Below, piece after piece: positions 1 to 13,100 of a DNA stretch of 64,000 nucleotides; position 1 is the stretch's first letter, and each line of letters starts with the position of its first letter. A program made the position numbers and the translations under genes. Origin of the DNA: Saccostrea echinata (taxonomy: Eukaryota); contig NW_026889783.1 in assembly GCF_033153115.1 (NCBI RefSeq), positions 3,658,001 to 3,722,000 on the forward strand, read 5' to 3'. A model generated the notes under the pieces. The model did no database searches, had not been told where the DNA came from, and worked only from the letters and a program-made list of their open reading frames with translations.

Positions 1-278
1 TTAAATGACCTTATGGTACTGTAACAGTTTTTTATGTGACTTTATTGTACTACACCTGAAAAAGAGGAATAACAATGACAATAGAACTATATCATACTGT
101 ACTAGACATAGAAATCTTTATTGCCTTGTACCTGAGGANNNNNNNNNNNNNNNNNNNNNNNNNNNNNNNNNNNNNNNNNNNNNNNNNNNNNNNNNNNNNN
201 NNNNNNNNNNNNNNNNNNNNNNNNNNNNNNNNNNNNNNNNNNNNNNNNNNNNNNNNNNNNNNNNNNNNNNNNNNNNNN

Positions 279-2383
279 GATAGAGGTGTAGCGGTTTCTA
301 TATGACTAGATATGTTGTAACTTCTGACATTTTCTGACAGGCAGTCTGTGTTATAAATAGACTGAAGCAGGTAATCCCTACTCTGTTCTGTGGACAGCCC
401 TGAGAACCTCTACAATATTAAACATAATGAAATATGGCTGGCAGAAAAGGAGCTTTTGACTGACACATAATACAGACAGTGAAATCATTAGATTTCATGG
501 TGGCTCAATATTCGTGGAATTCATGGGTGCCTCTCATCTATGAATTTACATCCTCCATGAATTTATTAAAAAGGGGTTTCAAAGTCATCTTTTCTATTGT
601 AAATATGAGTGAATACATAATTTCCCATGAACCTGTAAAATTTAAGCAATCCACAAAAACTGGTCCCCATGAATTTTAATGATTCCACAGTATTACAAGA
701 CAATGAAGTATTACAGTGAAAAGGTGGGGTATTTTTTAAAGATAAGGTTTTACACACATTCTTCTGATAAAACTTCTCCATATAATACTGATTCAAACAA
801 CCCAAGTAAGAAACAAACCTGTATGATGCCAATAGCTCTGTGAAAAAGCTTGTTATTGCTGGAAAAAAATTGAAAAAAAGTTTCTTTATTTCAACCTTTT
901 AATTAGTACAATGAATCAAAATAATTTCATTTTCTGAATCAAAATATTTAACATTATTGTTACAGTATGCATGATTGTAAATATGTGAAAAGTGAAATTA
1001 CATGTATTATTGTTTGGTAGCTGTGGTTAGTGGCATACATTTACATTTTCAATTTCCCTTATGATTCTTTACAAATAAGAAAAAAGTTCATTTTCTCATC
1101 AACTATCATGAGCATAAATATCTCTATTGTTACGTCATAATACCGTACTGGACGTTAAAACTTAAGTGCAAACTGTTTTGTTTTAAAACAGATGAATGGC
1201 ATATTTGCGGCAACTCATCAGATAAATAAATACAAGAGGCCCATGGGCCACAACGCTCACCTGAATAACTTTGGCCCTGCTGTTCTTCACCAGATGATCT
1301 TTTTGTAATACCTATTGTGGCCCCGCCCTACCCACAGGGATCATGATTTTAACAATTTAAAATCTACACTACCCTTGGATGTTTCCATATAAGTTTCAGC
1401 TTTACTGGCAAAGAGGTTCTTGAGGAGAAAATTTTTAAAGATTTTTCCTATATATTTCAATGTAAAACTTGGATTCCCTATTGTGGCCCCGCCCTACACC
1501 CAGGGGTCAAGATTTGAATTCTTTAGAATTTATGCTGCCCCAGGATGCTTCTACAAAAGTCTTCGCTTTTCTGACCAAGTGGTTCTTGAGAAGAAGATTT
1601 TTTTTTCTATATATTTCAATATAAAAATTGGATTTCCTATTGTGGCCGCGCCCTGCCCCCAGGGGTCATGATTTTAACAATTTAGAATCTACACTACCCA
1701 AGGATGCTTCCACATAAGTTTCAGCTTTTATGGCCTAATGGTTCTTGAGAAGAAGATTTTTAAAGATTTTTTTCTATATATTTCAATGTAAAACTTGGAT
1801 TCCCTATTGTGGCTCCGCCCTTCCCCCAGGGGTCATGATTTTTACAATTTAGAATCTACACTACCCCAGGATGCTTCCACATAAGTTTCAGCTTTTCTGG
1901 CCCAGTGGTTCTTGAGAAGAAGATTTTTAAAGATTTTTTTCTATATATTTCAATGTAAAACTTGGATTCCCTCTTGTGGCCCCGCCCTACCCCCGGGGGT
2001 CATGATTTGAACAATTTAAATTCTACACTACCCCAGGATGCTTCCACATAAGTTTCAGCTTTTCTGGCCCAGTGGTTCTTGAGAAGAAGATTTTTAAAGA
2101 TTTTTTTCTATATATTTCAATGTAAAACATTGATTCCACATTGTGGCCCCGCCCTACCCCCGGGGGTCATGATTTGAACAATTTAGAATCTACACTACCC
2201 CAGGATGCTTCCATATAAGTTTCAGCTTTACTGGCCCTGTGGTTCTTGAGAAGAAGATTTTTTAATGACCCCACCCTATTTTTGTCTTCTCTTGATTATC
2301 TCCCCTTGTGAGGGGACTTGGCCCTTCATTTTAACAATTTAAATTCCCCTTCACCCAAGGATGCTTTGTACCAAGTTTGGTCA

Positions 2384-2414
<31 letters not shown>

Positions 2415-2474
2415 AAAAATGTGAAAAGTTTACAGACGGACGGACAGACAAACGGACGGACGACGGACAAAATG

Positions 2475-2517
<43 letters not shown>

Positions 2518-5500
2518 TAAGATGTGAATTTAATTTTTGAAAATTCATGAGGTACTTTTAACTATAATGCTTCATGTATATTTATCACTCATCAAGAAAA
2601 TGCCAGCATTTAGTGTCATAATTATGTCCTCAAGAATTTTCAAAAATTAAATTCACTTCTTAAGTGAATTACCAGGAATAGGAAGTAAATAGTTGACAGG
2701 AAGTTTAAAAGAAACATGAAATACTGTGTAAAGGACTGTGCTAACCTGACTTTGAGGTCCACCATAATGTTCTGGAAGACTTTCCCCTTGAGGACATGAG
2801 CACCTGTTGTGATGGCATTACAAATCCACTTTATGCTTATCTCCTCAAACAACATCAGAAACTGGTCTACGGCTTCCTCCCCAATCAGGGAGACTAACTT
2901 CTCTTTTGGCAATGAAATCTCCACTTCAACATCCATCATATCTCTCTGAAAAAGTCATCTATCATTTAGATCATGAACTAAAAACGGTTTTTGAACTTTT
3001 TAAAAAAGTGTTAGAATGACAAATTCAAAGTTACGATTTACACAAAATCTGCTATAACATAATGTACCAAATTTGCTGCAGAGATGGAAAAGGTTTTAAC
3101 TAAAGGGCACCTAGAGAACACATTCAACTTATTTCTCTACCAAACTTAGTGATGCAAGTACATGTACACAAACTCGAATTACTTCTCTTTCTATGTCAAA
3201 GTGTGGCCTATCTGGATGCAAAATTCACAGAATTCAGAAAAAATCCTGTACTTATATCTGCCAGTGAATGCTTCTGAAATTATCTCTCCTCCTCCTCCAA
3301 CCCCCCCCCCCCCCCATATACTGAGGATTTTTTTTCTTTTCGCGGATAAATTTTTAGCAGTGAGTTGGTGAATTTTTAAAACAGAAAAAAATCAAGAGGC
3401 CCATGGGTGACAATAGTCACCTTAGTGACTGTGGCCCTGCTGCTGTCCATCTGACATCAGATTTAAAAAAAAAAAATTCATAAAAATGTTGACTCCATTT
3501 TCTGGACCAAAGCCTAGTCCTTAGGGGGCTATGATTTATGATTTATTCAAAGTTGAATCCACACAATTTTGGGATGCATCAATGAAATGTGAAGATAACC
3601 AACAATGATCATGCTCAAAATTCATTTAAAGAATACAAAGTGTGTGCAAAGCCAACAAGAACCTCTGAAAACAGACGTGGGATCAGGTGCCATGGACGAG
3701 TAAGCATCCCCAGTTGACTGGTCACACCTGCTATGTGCTACTTATCATGATTGGGTAAACAGAGAAATCCGAAGACATCTGAGGGTGAAAATAATGACGT
3801 AACAATTGGTATGAAAAATGCCAGCCACCAAATGACTTAATGACAGGTTGTATCTTCAAACAAGGTCATTTTACTGACATAGAATTTGCAAAATGTTGAC
3901 TTTAAATGAGATTTTTGATATTCTTTCATCATCAACTTATTTGTCAATAGCTTATCTCTACTGTTTTTCCATAGGAATTATGAAGAATCAGGATCACTGA
4001 TTTTAGCCCAACTCTTACCCCACAGTTCGTAATAACTGAAACCACACAACTTTGGAATGTTTTGCTTATTAATACGATCTAAGGTGGTCTTGCCACTCTT
4101 GAAAAGATTTCTTCCTACATACTTCCTTTTAAAACTTTGATCCCCTACTGTAGCATAAACTTATTCCCGGGGGCCCTGATCTGAACAATCTTGAACCATC
4201 TGAGGATGCCTGCACATAAATATGAGTAATAATTGCTTTTTTATTTATTAAAGGAAGACTTTTCCTATTCTCTTGTAAAATCATGGCCCCATCCTTCTAG
4301 AATCTATGTACATTCATACTGATATACATACAACGTACACTGGACAAAGGTTTACTTGAGTCTCTAGTTCAGGTGAGCTCACAATACATACTGTAGCCTC
4401 TAGTTCAGGTGAGCTAATAATACTTACTGTAGCCTCTAGTTCAAGGTGAGCTAATAATACTTACTGTAGCCTCTAGGTCAGGTAAGCTGATAATGTACTT
4501 ACTGTAGCCTATAGCTTAGCTAAGCTAATAATACTTTATACTGTGGTCTCTAGCTCAGGTATGCTAATAATACTTACTGTAGGGGAATTCCTGGCAAAAG
4601 AAATAAGGGCTTTCTTGCAGTGGCATTTTGTCACAGTTTCATCAATTTTTCCATCTGAAAAATTCATATCACCATGTGCTAGGCATTTAGATGAATAAAA
4701 ACATGCAATATACACTACCAATGTAAAAGGTATGTCAAGAATTCATTCAATGCAGAACATGTCTAAATTTATACTAAGTACATTTATCTGAAGAACTATA
4801 GGTTGACATCATAGAAATCAATGTTACAATTTTGAAAGATATAATTGAAAATTGCTACCAGAATTTTATTGAAGTTCAGAAATCATGAAAGCATAATGTA
4901 TTGTAGTTGAATTTTTCAATCATGTACATTGTATATCACAATCAAATCCGATCTAGAAAATTCAAAAAAAAAAAAAAAAAAAAAATGTGAAAATTGAAAC
5001 AATATGTAAATTTTAACCTTATCTTTCAAAATTGTGAAAATTTAATAATTTCTAATTTTACATTTTTTACAATTTCTTTAGACAATTTTTTTTCTTTTTT
5101 TAAAATTTTGAAACAAATGTTAAGTCAGTCGTGATATATCATACACATGATAATATATTTGAACTACATTATGCTTTTGTGATTTCTGAACTTTAATAAC
5201 ATTCTGATTTTCAATAAAATAAGCAAAGTTTGTTATTCCCCTCAATATATCAAGGTCAGAAGTAAAAAGCTGTTTTCTAAATATAGCAACTTTTTGATAG
5301 GCACACTTTTTTCCTTATAGGTCAGGTGTACATGTACAGTACTACTTAAATACCATTTTAAAACTTTATCTTGAAAAATCTTTTTCCCTTTCACTTTATC
5401 TTAAATTTTTTTTTTCCTTTTACCTTACAACAAAATACATTCTTTTTGTATAACATTTAGAATATCATTATTTTAACTTCCTTAAAAGTGACAAATATAT

Positions 5501-8500
5501 ACCCTGAGATAAGTAAATGACTAGATCAGAAGGCTTCACAAAAGGTAGGATGTCCTTCTTCATATCATTAAATGATATCTGGAAGTGTTTACCCTGAAAA
5601 ATTAAGGAAATATATATAAACCATAGGAGTACAGAAATAAAGAATTAATAATTCATACACTAAAAATACCATTGACATTGATCTTCTAAATGATGTTAGT
5701 TCAAGGTCATTACACATTCTCTACTTTTAAAAGACTTTGTTTCCGATACAAAAGAGCTTTTAATATTAAATTTTTCATTTAAAAGGTATGGCCTGGACAG
5801 GAAGTGGACAGATAAGCATGCTGATAGGTTATCAAAGGACGTGGAAATTTTCCTTTTTAAATTTGTTGTCTTGCATAAGCTGCATTTATGTTGATCTTTT
5901 AATTTTGTTACATTTTTCAGTCTGCCTGATTTCATAAACTGTAAAACACACTCATAGCGAACATCTTATAATCCGATGTGTACAGCAAAGCGATTTTCAT
6001 TTTCTGTGGCTTTAAAATATATTGTGAATTTAACGGATATAACGAATTATGTTTATAATGAAATAAAATCGTCTGTCCTTGGCTTTTTGGTAATATAAGC
6101 TTGTTTTACTTAACATTTTCCAGAACACACCTACACACTGACGTACTCACCAATAAGCTGAGGTCTCCATCATTGTTCCTGAAAGCTTTGTAACCTTGGT
6201 CCAAAAATCCTCTCACATCAGAAAGAGCTAAAATAGTTCAAATTATCTCATAAAATTCTATCATCCACAAAAAAATTTCTTATTAAGAAAATTTACGGTC
6301 AGAAAACTGATGGGCTTTAAGTAAGAGAAGAGAAACTAACAAGATCCATAAGTTGGAGGACATTCAGAGGCGTCTATCATTCCCATGATGCCTAGTGTGT
6401 CCTCACCAACGTAGTATATGCTGCCATTAGACCTCAAACTGGAGAAAAATAAAAATTATTAGTTTTAGGGGATCATTTATTGACATACTGATAATTTAAT
6501 TCCAATACTGCCTACATACCTATTTCCTGCCAGTTCTACTATCTGAGCAATATTCCTTATGTTTTCTTTTGTATAAATATGATCACATACAGCTTGATAG
6601 CACCGAAGGAAAGGTTCTGTCTGCCTACAATATAGAACTATTCTTATAATATGAGCATACATGTATATTAACTAAAAACTATTGTTAGCAGTTCAGAACT
6701 GACAAAATAAATATACTAGGACCAGATACAATTCACATTCAGTAATGGATTTCTCTATTTATAAATCTATTAACATTCATGAAGTATAGATGAACATACA
6801 TGTACCTACCAAGGCCTTTCCACAGGCAGAACAGATAAAGTAGCACCTGCAAAAATTGTCTCCAGAAGGATTTTAGTCGCTGACCCACTTTTCATTCGAC
6901 TAGATCCAGCGATTGGCTCTGGCTGAAATGAAAAAAAAAAGTGCAAAAAACATTTATACTATATTTCGTTGTTTCTCTTAACTTGCAATACATTATTTGT
7001 GAGAAACAGTTTTGTTAAAACTTATACCCCAACAACGGGATTCAGAATAAACACTTTAGAGGAGGCCTTCATTTCTTCCATTTTGTTCACCACTGCAAGA
7101 AAAAAATTAAATTTTGTAACCATGCAGCTTATACCTTATCATTCTTATTCTCCATTCTAAATTCCTTCTATCACAGATTTGGGAGATGTTTCTGTTGATC
7201 AATTTACAACAGATAACAGTAGATTGTTAGACACATACATGTACATTTCTTTTATAACTTGCCTTGTAAAAAAGTGGAATTCCATTTTTCTATTGGATTA
7301 TTTCTGAAAGAAAAGAAAAATAATGATCATACTACACCAGTTTTGTTTTCATTTGCAGTCCATTACAATGGTGCCACTTAAACAACTGAGAAAAAGAAAG
7401 GAGCTGTAAAAATCCCAAAAACTACAGGTGTGAACACATCTAGTTTATCCAGATGACCAGATAGCATCTGACCTTACCTTGCTAGATGAGTGGGATTGAA
7501 TCCTAGAACTGCAGGTGTGAACACATCTAGGTTATCTTAGTAGAACCTGACCTTACCTTGCTAGATGAGTGGGATTGAACCCTAAAACTACAGGTGTGAA
7601 CACATCTAGGTTATCTAGGTAGAACCTGACCTTACCTTGCTAGATGAGTGGGATTGAACCCTAAAACTACAGGTGTGAACACATCTAGGTTATCTAGGCA
7701 GTACTGAACTTGACCTTACCTTGCTAGATGAGTGGGATTGAACCCTAAAACTACAGGTGTGAACACATCTAGGTTATCTAGGCAGTACTGAAGCTGACCT
7801 CCCACAAAAGGGGCAGACAACCCACATGTTATTCCAATAAAGAGCACCTGCTTCTTCCCAGCTGTTGCCTGACAATAATCAAGAGTTTATATTGGATTAC
7901 AAAGAACTGTCCTTATATTTTATGCTAAGCATGTAGTACGCTCAATACAGACCTCCTTCAGCATTTCCACTCCACATTGTGGATCATCTTCGGGTGCCTC
8001 TTGGGAGGTAAACAGGGCTCTAAATCCAATATAGAAACAAAAAATAATTACAATCATCTAAATGAAGGGAATCTAAATCTAGAAATAAGTGTCTTTATTA
8101 TGAAACATAAATAGAATTGCTAGGGCTGTCATAAAAACAGTGAACTAATGATAATAGCCTCCTTGATTAGTTGCAAGTGGTGCAGGCACTTACTTATCCC
8201 TCCCTGCTATAAGATATTTGAAACATGGCAGCCTGGACAATTCAGACAGCTTTGCATTGAAAGTTCTCTGTAACAAAGAGAGACAGCTATCATTACCTTT
8301 AAATAGTCATCATTTACCATTCCCACAATAATGAAACAAGTTAAACTTACTGTCGTAATAAAACCAATCCTGCCAGAGGTTCCACAGCCACTAAGTACTA
8401 CAGCACCTGTTGCGGGATTCTAAAATAAAATTCAGTGATGTTATGCATTATAGCTTTTGTAACAGATCCTACCTCTACCCATTCTGGATAAAAACAACTA

Positions 8501-9444
8501 TATCATATAGAGAGGGGTGTGAAAAATTGTACTTCACTGACACAGGATCTATGTAATAAACAAACCTTGATAACAGAGGCTGCAACGGTGATTAATTTGT
8601 CTAAGGTTGCCAACACATCTGCATCAAATAAACTCTGAAAATAAAGGAAAACTTAACATTTATAATATGAAATCCATATTATTTCTTTACTCTAGAAGTC
8701 TTCTAAACTTTTAGGCATACTTCTATATTCACTATACATGCAATTAATTACTTTATACTTACTTTATACTCATTCCAACCTTCGAATATTTCTTGATCAC
8801 ATTTATGAAGCAAAGAAACTATATCTACAAGAGAGAAAAAAAATGTACTCAAAATCAGTTTCAGGTAATGATTATGCACAATAAATTGATAATTAGATTT
8901 TATAGAACAATTGTCTTTACACCTACCTAAAGGGCTGGCAACATCAATATTCTTTGTGATGGGGTTGGCAGCCTCTGTTACTGGAGTAGGCATTTCTTCA
9001 CCTGCAAGAATGCAAAGGGACTATCAGCCTAACTGAAGTCTTTCAGGAGTTATTCCCCTTGAAACACATTTTTTTGGCCCACATTACTTTGCTTTGCCCT
9101 TTGGAACATTGCAAGGACTTGATTTCATTTTTTTTCTTTGATGCACCAGGTAGAGTGATCGAAACCTTGCATTATAACTCTTCTCAGCTATCATGCATAT
9201 CTATGCCTATAAGACTAACCATGCTAACATGACTATGTCATGATGCCATTTTATACTAGTTGAAACACCCCTCTTAATGAATTTTTTTCCATAAGAAAAT
9301 ATATATACTGCGTAAAAAGGACATTGCAATTTTCTTTCTGTTAAGAAAATAACACCTTTTACTGACAACAAACACTAGAAATAGGGATCGATGTCATATC
9401 CTGTATTAAACAACGTTACCTGCCAGTCCTGCCGTAGACTGCAT
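279..9444 (-). CDS. GCKR: Glucokinase regulatory protein-like / MurQ-derived double-SIS protein (3' end runs into the N gap and beyond the window start)
   Basis: Phase-consistent exons (minus strand): 9420-9444, 8927-9001, 8763-8824, 8566-8634, 8351-8419, 8194-8267, 7953-8019, 7720-7868, 7263-7303 (GC donor), 7028-7092, 6810-6922, 6520-6624, 6341-6438, 6151-6227, 5503-5593, 4578-4654, 2746-2945, 819-858, <279-409. Translation is colinear with vertebrate GKRP: PVTEAANPITKNID, VLSGCGTSGRIG, EAPEDD, IGITCGLSAPFVGGQ, VLGFNP, PEPIAGSSRMKSGSATKILLET, KWICNAITTGAHVLKGKVFQNIMVDLKVSNNKLFHRA. Confidence 0.93.
1232..2517. mobile_element. Helentron/HINE-like non-autonomous element carrying an internal ~167-bp satellite array (Cg170/pearl-like)
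   Basis: Starts ACAAGAGGCCCATGGGCCACAACGCTCACCTGA. About 6 tandem ~167-bp units (CTACACTACC at ~1689, 1856, 2023, 2190), then a GACG/GACA microsatellite (~2433-2468) and terminal GCTCACTTGAGCCTTCGGCTCAGGTGAGCTAA with a subterminal inverted repeat/hairpin. Architecture matches oyster satellite-carrying elements. Confidence 0.8.
3393..4380. mobile_element. Degenerate copy of the same HINE-like element, interrupted by a Penelope-like 3' fragment (~3582-3990)
   Basis: Same 5' motif (CAAGAGGCCCATGGG) and 3' motif (TCAGGTGAGCT) with decayed satellite units. The inserted block matches 38541-38920. Confidence 0.65.
4355..4581. repeat. ~36-bp tandem repeat (~6 copies) joining the HINE 3' end to the GCKR exon-16 splice donor
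   Basis: Unit approximately TACTTACTGTAGCCTCTAGTTCAGGTGAGCTAATAA. Its TACTTACTGT is the reverse complement of ACA|GTAAGTA, the donor at 4578/4577. Confidence 0.85.
7417..7790. repeat. ~80-bp tandem repeat of the GCKR exon-8 3' end plus its splice donor (3 full extra copies plus a partial)
   Basis: CCTTACCTTGCTAGATGAGTGGGATTGAACCCTAAAACTACAGGTGTGAACACATCTAGGTTATCT recurs at ~7472, 7551, 7630 and in the genuine exon end at 7714. Confidence 0.92.
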
Positions 9445-10107
9445 GTAAAACTCTTATCAATTCAACTGGCTGGTTTTTGGGGTCATCTGACATCATGTTT
9501 ACTTTCATGTTTAGCTAGCAGTAACACGAATATCGCGCTTCCTGGTACTAAAATGATCATTTAAACAAGTCCAAGTGTACAAACTGTTTATTACATACTG
9601 CCTACAGGGTGTCATAAAAGTAAAGCACATATTTTTCTCACATATTAGTCTGTACTATCATTCGACAGTCACTTTACAAAGAATCTGGAAACAGAGGAAT
9701 GTTATCTTTCTAAACCTCAATCAAAAGAATATTTTTAAAGCGTATATTGTGCTGCTGGTCTTTTCTGGTATGGAAGTTGGTTTGTGCATACTTCAGCATG
9801 TTCAGATGGCCTTAAATTAGCTTATGAAAAATAATTGACAAAGTCATACATTTATATCTCAACCATACATATTACCATGTTTAAATATCCTGAATCAATG
9901 TGCTTTATCAAAAGAAGTTATAATCAGAGCTGTGTGCTGAAGCGATGAACAATTCAAGAATTGAATATTTAAATCGGGATCGTAATTCGATGAACAGGTA
10001 CTTCCGCTCCAAGGAAACTAATGTAAACAATTTTTCAATTTTGGAAAAATTATCATACTTGTTACCGAAGAAATTGATTTTCCGGGGCTGTCACAACAAG
10101 TGGTAGC
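9445..10107. promoter_or_regulatory. Probable bidirectional promoter region between GCKR-like and LRR genes
   Basis: Divergent start codons at 9444(-) and 10108(+) are 663 bp apart. TSS positions are not determinable from sequence. Confidence 0.5.
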
Positions 10108-13100
10108 ATGGCAAAGCAACTGACACGAGATTTTGTAGAAAGAAGAATTCACCCCCTTACGATACAACCCGGTGAATGGGGAGTAGAAACAAGGGGAAGC
10201 AACTATGAGCTAGATTTAAAGATGTGCCAGTTGAGAGATATTGTATTCAGCTTCCACTGGGGAGATGAAAGGTTGGAACTTGATTTATTCTTTTTTTAGA
10301 GAAGTGGACAGGCTTTTGCCATCTCGTATGAAGGCAAAAGTCTGTCCTTTTCATTTAAAAGAATTTATATGCTTGATTAAGAAATCTTTTATTGTTGATA
10401 CGTATTACTTGTTTATATAAAATTTTCTTCATGCACTTCATTTATCGATTTTTAGTTTTTTATTTTGTGTGTCTCTCTGTATTTAATATGCCTTAACAGG
10501 TTGGGACCAATCGCCCAAATGGGATATAATAGCCCGTTTGGGATATAATATCCCAAATGGGATATAAATTCACAGTGCAAAAAATGAAAAATTTCATTTT
10601 GGCTATAAATATCATAAATCCGCATCAGAATTCTTAAAAAGGAATAACTTTTGGCATACAAGTTTTTCTGCAACCCTACAGTTTGTTAGATTGATCCCCA
10701 AGAAGTTTAGGAACTTCCGAGAGATCAATCTCCTAAACAGTGGGCATATAGAAAAACTTGTAAACCAAAAGTTATTCCTTTATTATAAGTATGTTGCTGC
10801 GGATTTATGATATTTATAGCCAAAATAAAAATTTTCATTTTTTGCACTGTAAATTTATATCCCATTTGGGATATTATATCCCAAATGGGTATTATATCCC
10901 ATTTGAGCGATTGGTCCCAACCTGCTTAAGCCAGTTAAGGCTCCAGAAATTCATGTTCAGTATTTTTCATTGATAGTTTTTCATTTTCCATATATTCGAA
11001 TGAGAGCATCTACTTTTCTTTTCATTGTAAAAACACTTTTCTTTTACAGGGAGCCACAGGCCAGATTGTCCTCTGTGATTGATACACCCTCTCGTATCCT
11101 CAAAATGGATGTATCTTTAAATGAGTTGTCTTCCTTAGAGCATGAGAGTTTCCTACCATTTCAGAATCTGCGAGAACTGAATGCATCATTAAACAAAATA
11201 AACAAGTAAGCATGAATATTCAATTAAGTACTTTCTCCTTTGCATGGATACAGAAATGTTATATGAAAAATGTTTCATAAAAATATACTAAGTATGTAGA
11301 AATGCGGTTTTCATTTGTTCTACATTTGTTCTATGTTAATCAATATTGATTGTGTAAAGTTTTTGCTCCAAAATAATTGACAAAGAACTTAAAAGTAAAA
11401 ATTAGCTAAATTATTCTTAACAATGATGTTCAAATGCAACTATGTGGGGAAATTTTATTCAACACTTACAACCATCAATAAATGTGAATAAAACATCCAG
11501 TTTAAATATTATTATCTCTTAACTTTTACTGATATAATGCTTTAGTTTACATAGCAATTTTCTGTTATTTCAGATTCATAGGTATAGAGGTGTGTAAAAA
11601 ATTGTATTCCTTGAATTTATCCCACAATTCTATATCTCAAATTGAGAACCTTGTGAGAAGTAGTTCCTTGGTTGAGTTGAATCTCAGCATGAATGAACTG
11701 GAGGATATATCGTACATGCCAAGCATGATGAACCTGCAGATCCTTAACTTAAATAATAATAAGGTACTTGTACATACTTTAAAACTTTTTTTTTGTCATG
11801 TGTACGGTAAGCCAAAGGAGAATTTCGTATTTAAGTAAAGTACTGACGTTTCTTGGTGAATAAACTACTTTTAATTGATGAAATTCTCAAAAACATAATA
11901 CAGTGTAATGTCCCTATTTATTTTATAAAAAACTGAATAGCAATGATTTCTCAATTGTTTAAAATGGTTCAGTGAGTTATTTTTCTCTCCTTTCACAAAA
12001 TAAATAAAAAACAACAGGATGTTATATTAGGACTATATATCATGTACATACATTGTTTTAGATCAAGTCTCTGGATGGTGTCCAAGCACTACCACAACTA
12101 AGAGAATTGTACGCACAAAGGAATGAAGTGGTAGGTACAAGGCATACACATAACTTAATTCTCAAGATGAATGTATGAATTTGAAGAAAGAAAATGTCAC
12201 TGTGTAAAGACTTATAAACAAGTGAAAGTAACTGCTAAATGAGGTAACTTAGGTTGTGCAGTGGTAACAAATTTTTGCAGATTTAAGTCAATGATACTGA
12301 CATGAGTTCTAATCATTCCAAACTTAGATGACCTTTGAAATTTATTTCCATGAAACATAACAATATTTTCAGATGTTAATAGAATCTTGACATTGTTATT
12401 TCCTTCAGACAGAAATGATTCCCCTGACCAGCTGCTTTCATCTACAAATCCTGAATTTGTCCGGTAACAGAATCCACTCCCTTCACAATGCTGTAGGGGT
12501 TCTAGGTCAACTGAAGAGGCTTGATGTTCTCTCTCTACATGTAAGTCAACAGTTTCAATAACTTTTTTTTCTTGAAACACATTTCCCAAAAATGGGTCTA
12601 CTGTCAATGCTCTGTAGAGTCAGCTGTTTTTAAACAATTGATAAAAATTAAAGAAGAAAAGTCTGTATGGGTTTTGGAATTTGGGAATGTAAATTTTTGC
12701 TGTTTTTCCTTTGATACCCGTCATCATCATGGCTTCTTTTGGTTTTGGGTGGAACTTAGGGCCTCAGAAACAGTCCTCCAGTGCACTCTGTTTTGGGCAG
12801 CCTTTTTCAGTTGTCCACAGCTCGTATCGAGGAGACTACATCTCCACTTCCTAGAGATAGTGATGAAGTCCGTTTGGTCTCTGGTTTTCCATCAGGGGAA
12901 ACCCCCCGTCTCTGTGGATGTTTTTGTACTGGTAGACACTTCTTTCTATCACAAGGTCATTGAATGCACAAAAATCTGTGAACAACTCTCCATTCTCATT
13001 CATGTCCCCAAGTGCCTGGGTGCCCATGATGAGTTCTCTCCCAGAGTTGTCTGCACCTGTCTTGGCATTCATGTCACCAGTCAAGATTTTGATGTCACAT

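Noticed and set aside
5-305. ORFs spanning the N gap
   Set aside because: Artefacts of undetermined bases.
4815-5205. AT-rich imperfect inverted repeat in a GCKR intron
   Set aside because: Probably a decayed MITE. No clear TIR/TSD, so too weak to classify.
8194-8210. IAGRD instead of the conserved IAGGD as evidence of GCKR pseudogenisation
   Set aside because: The frame is intact across 19 exons. A single substitution in a G-run could be a variant or a consensus error.
9445-9496. Upstream ATG (MMSDDPKNQ...) as the GCKR start
   Set aside because: It reaches the donor in phase 2 and meets TGA at the start of exon 2, so at most it is a uORF.
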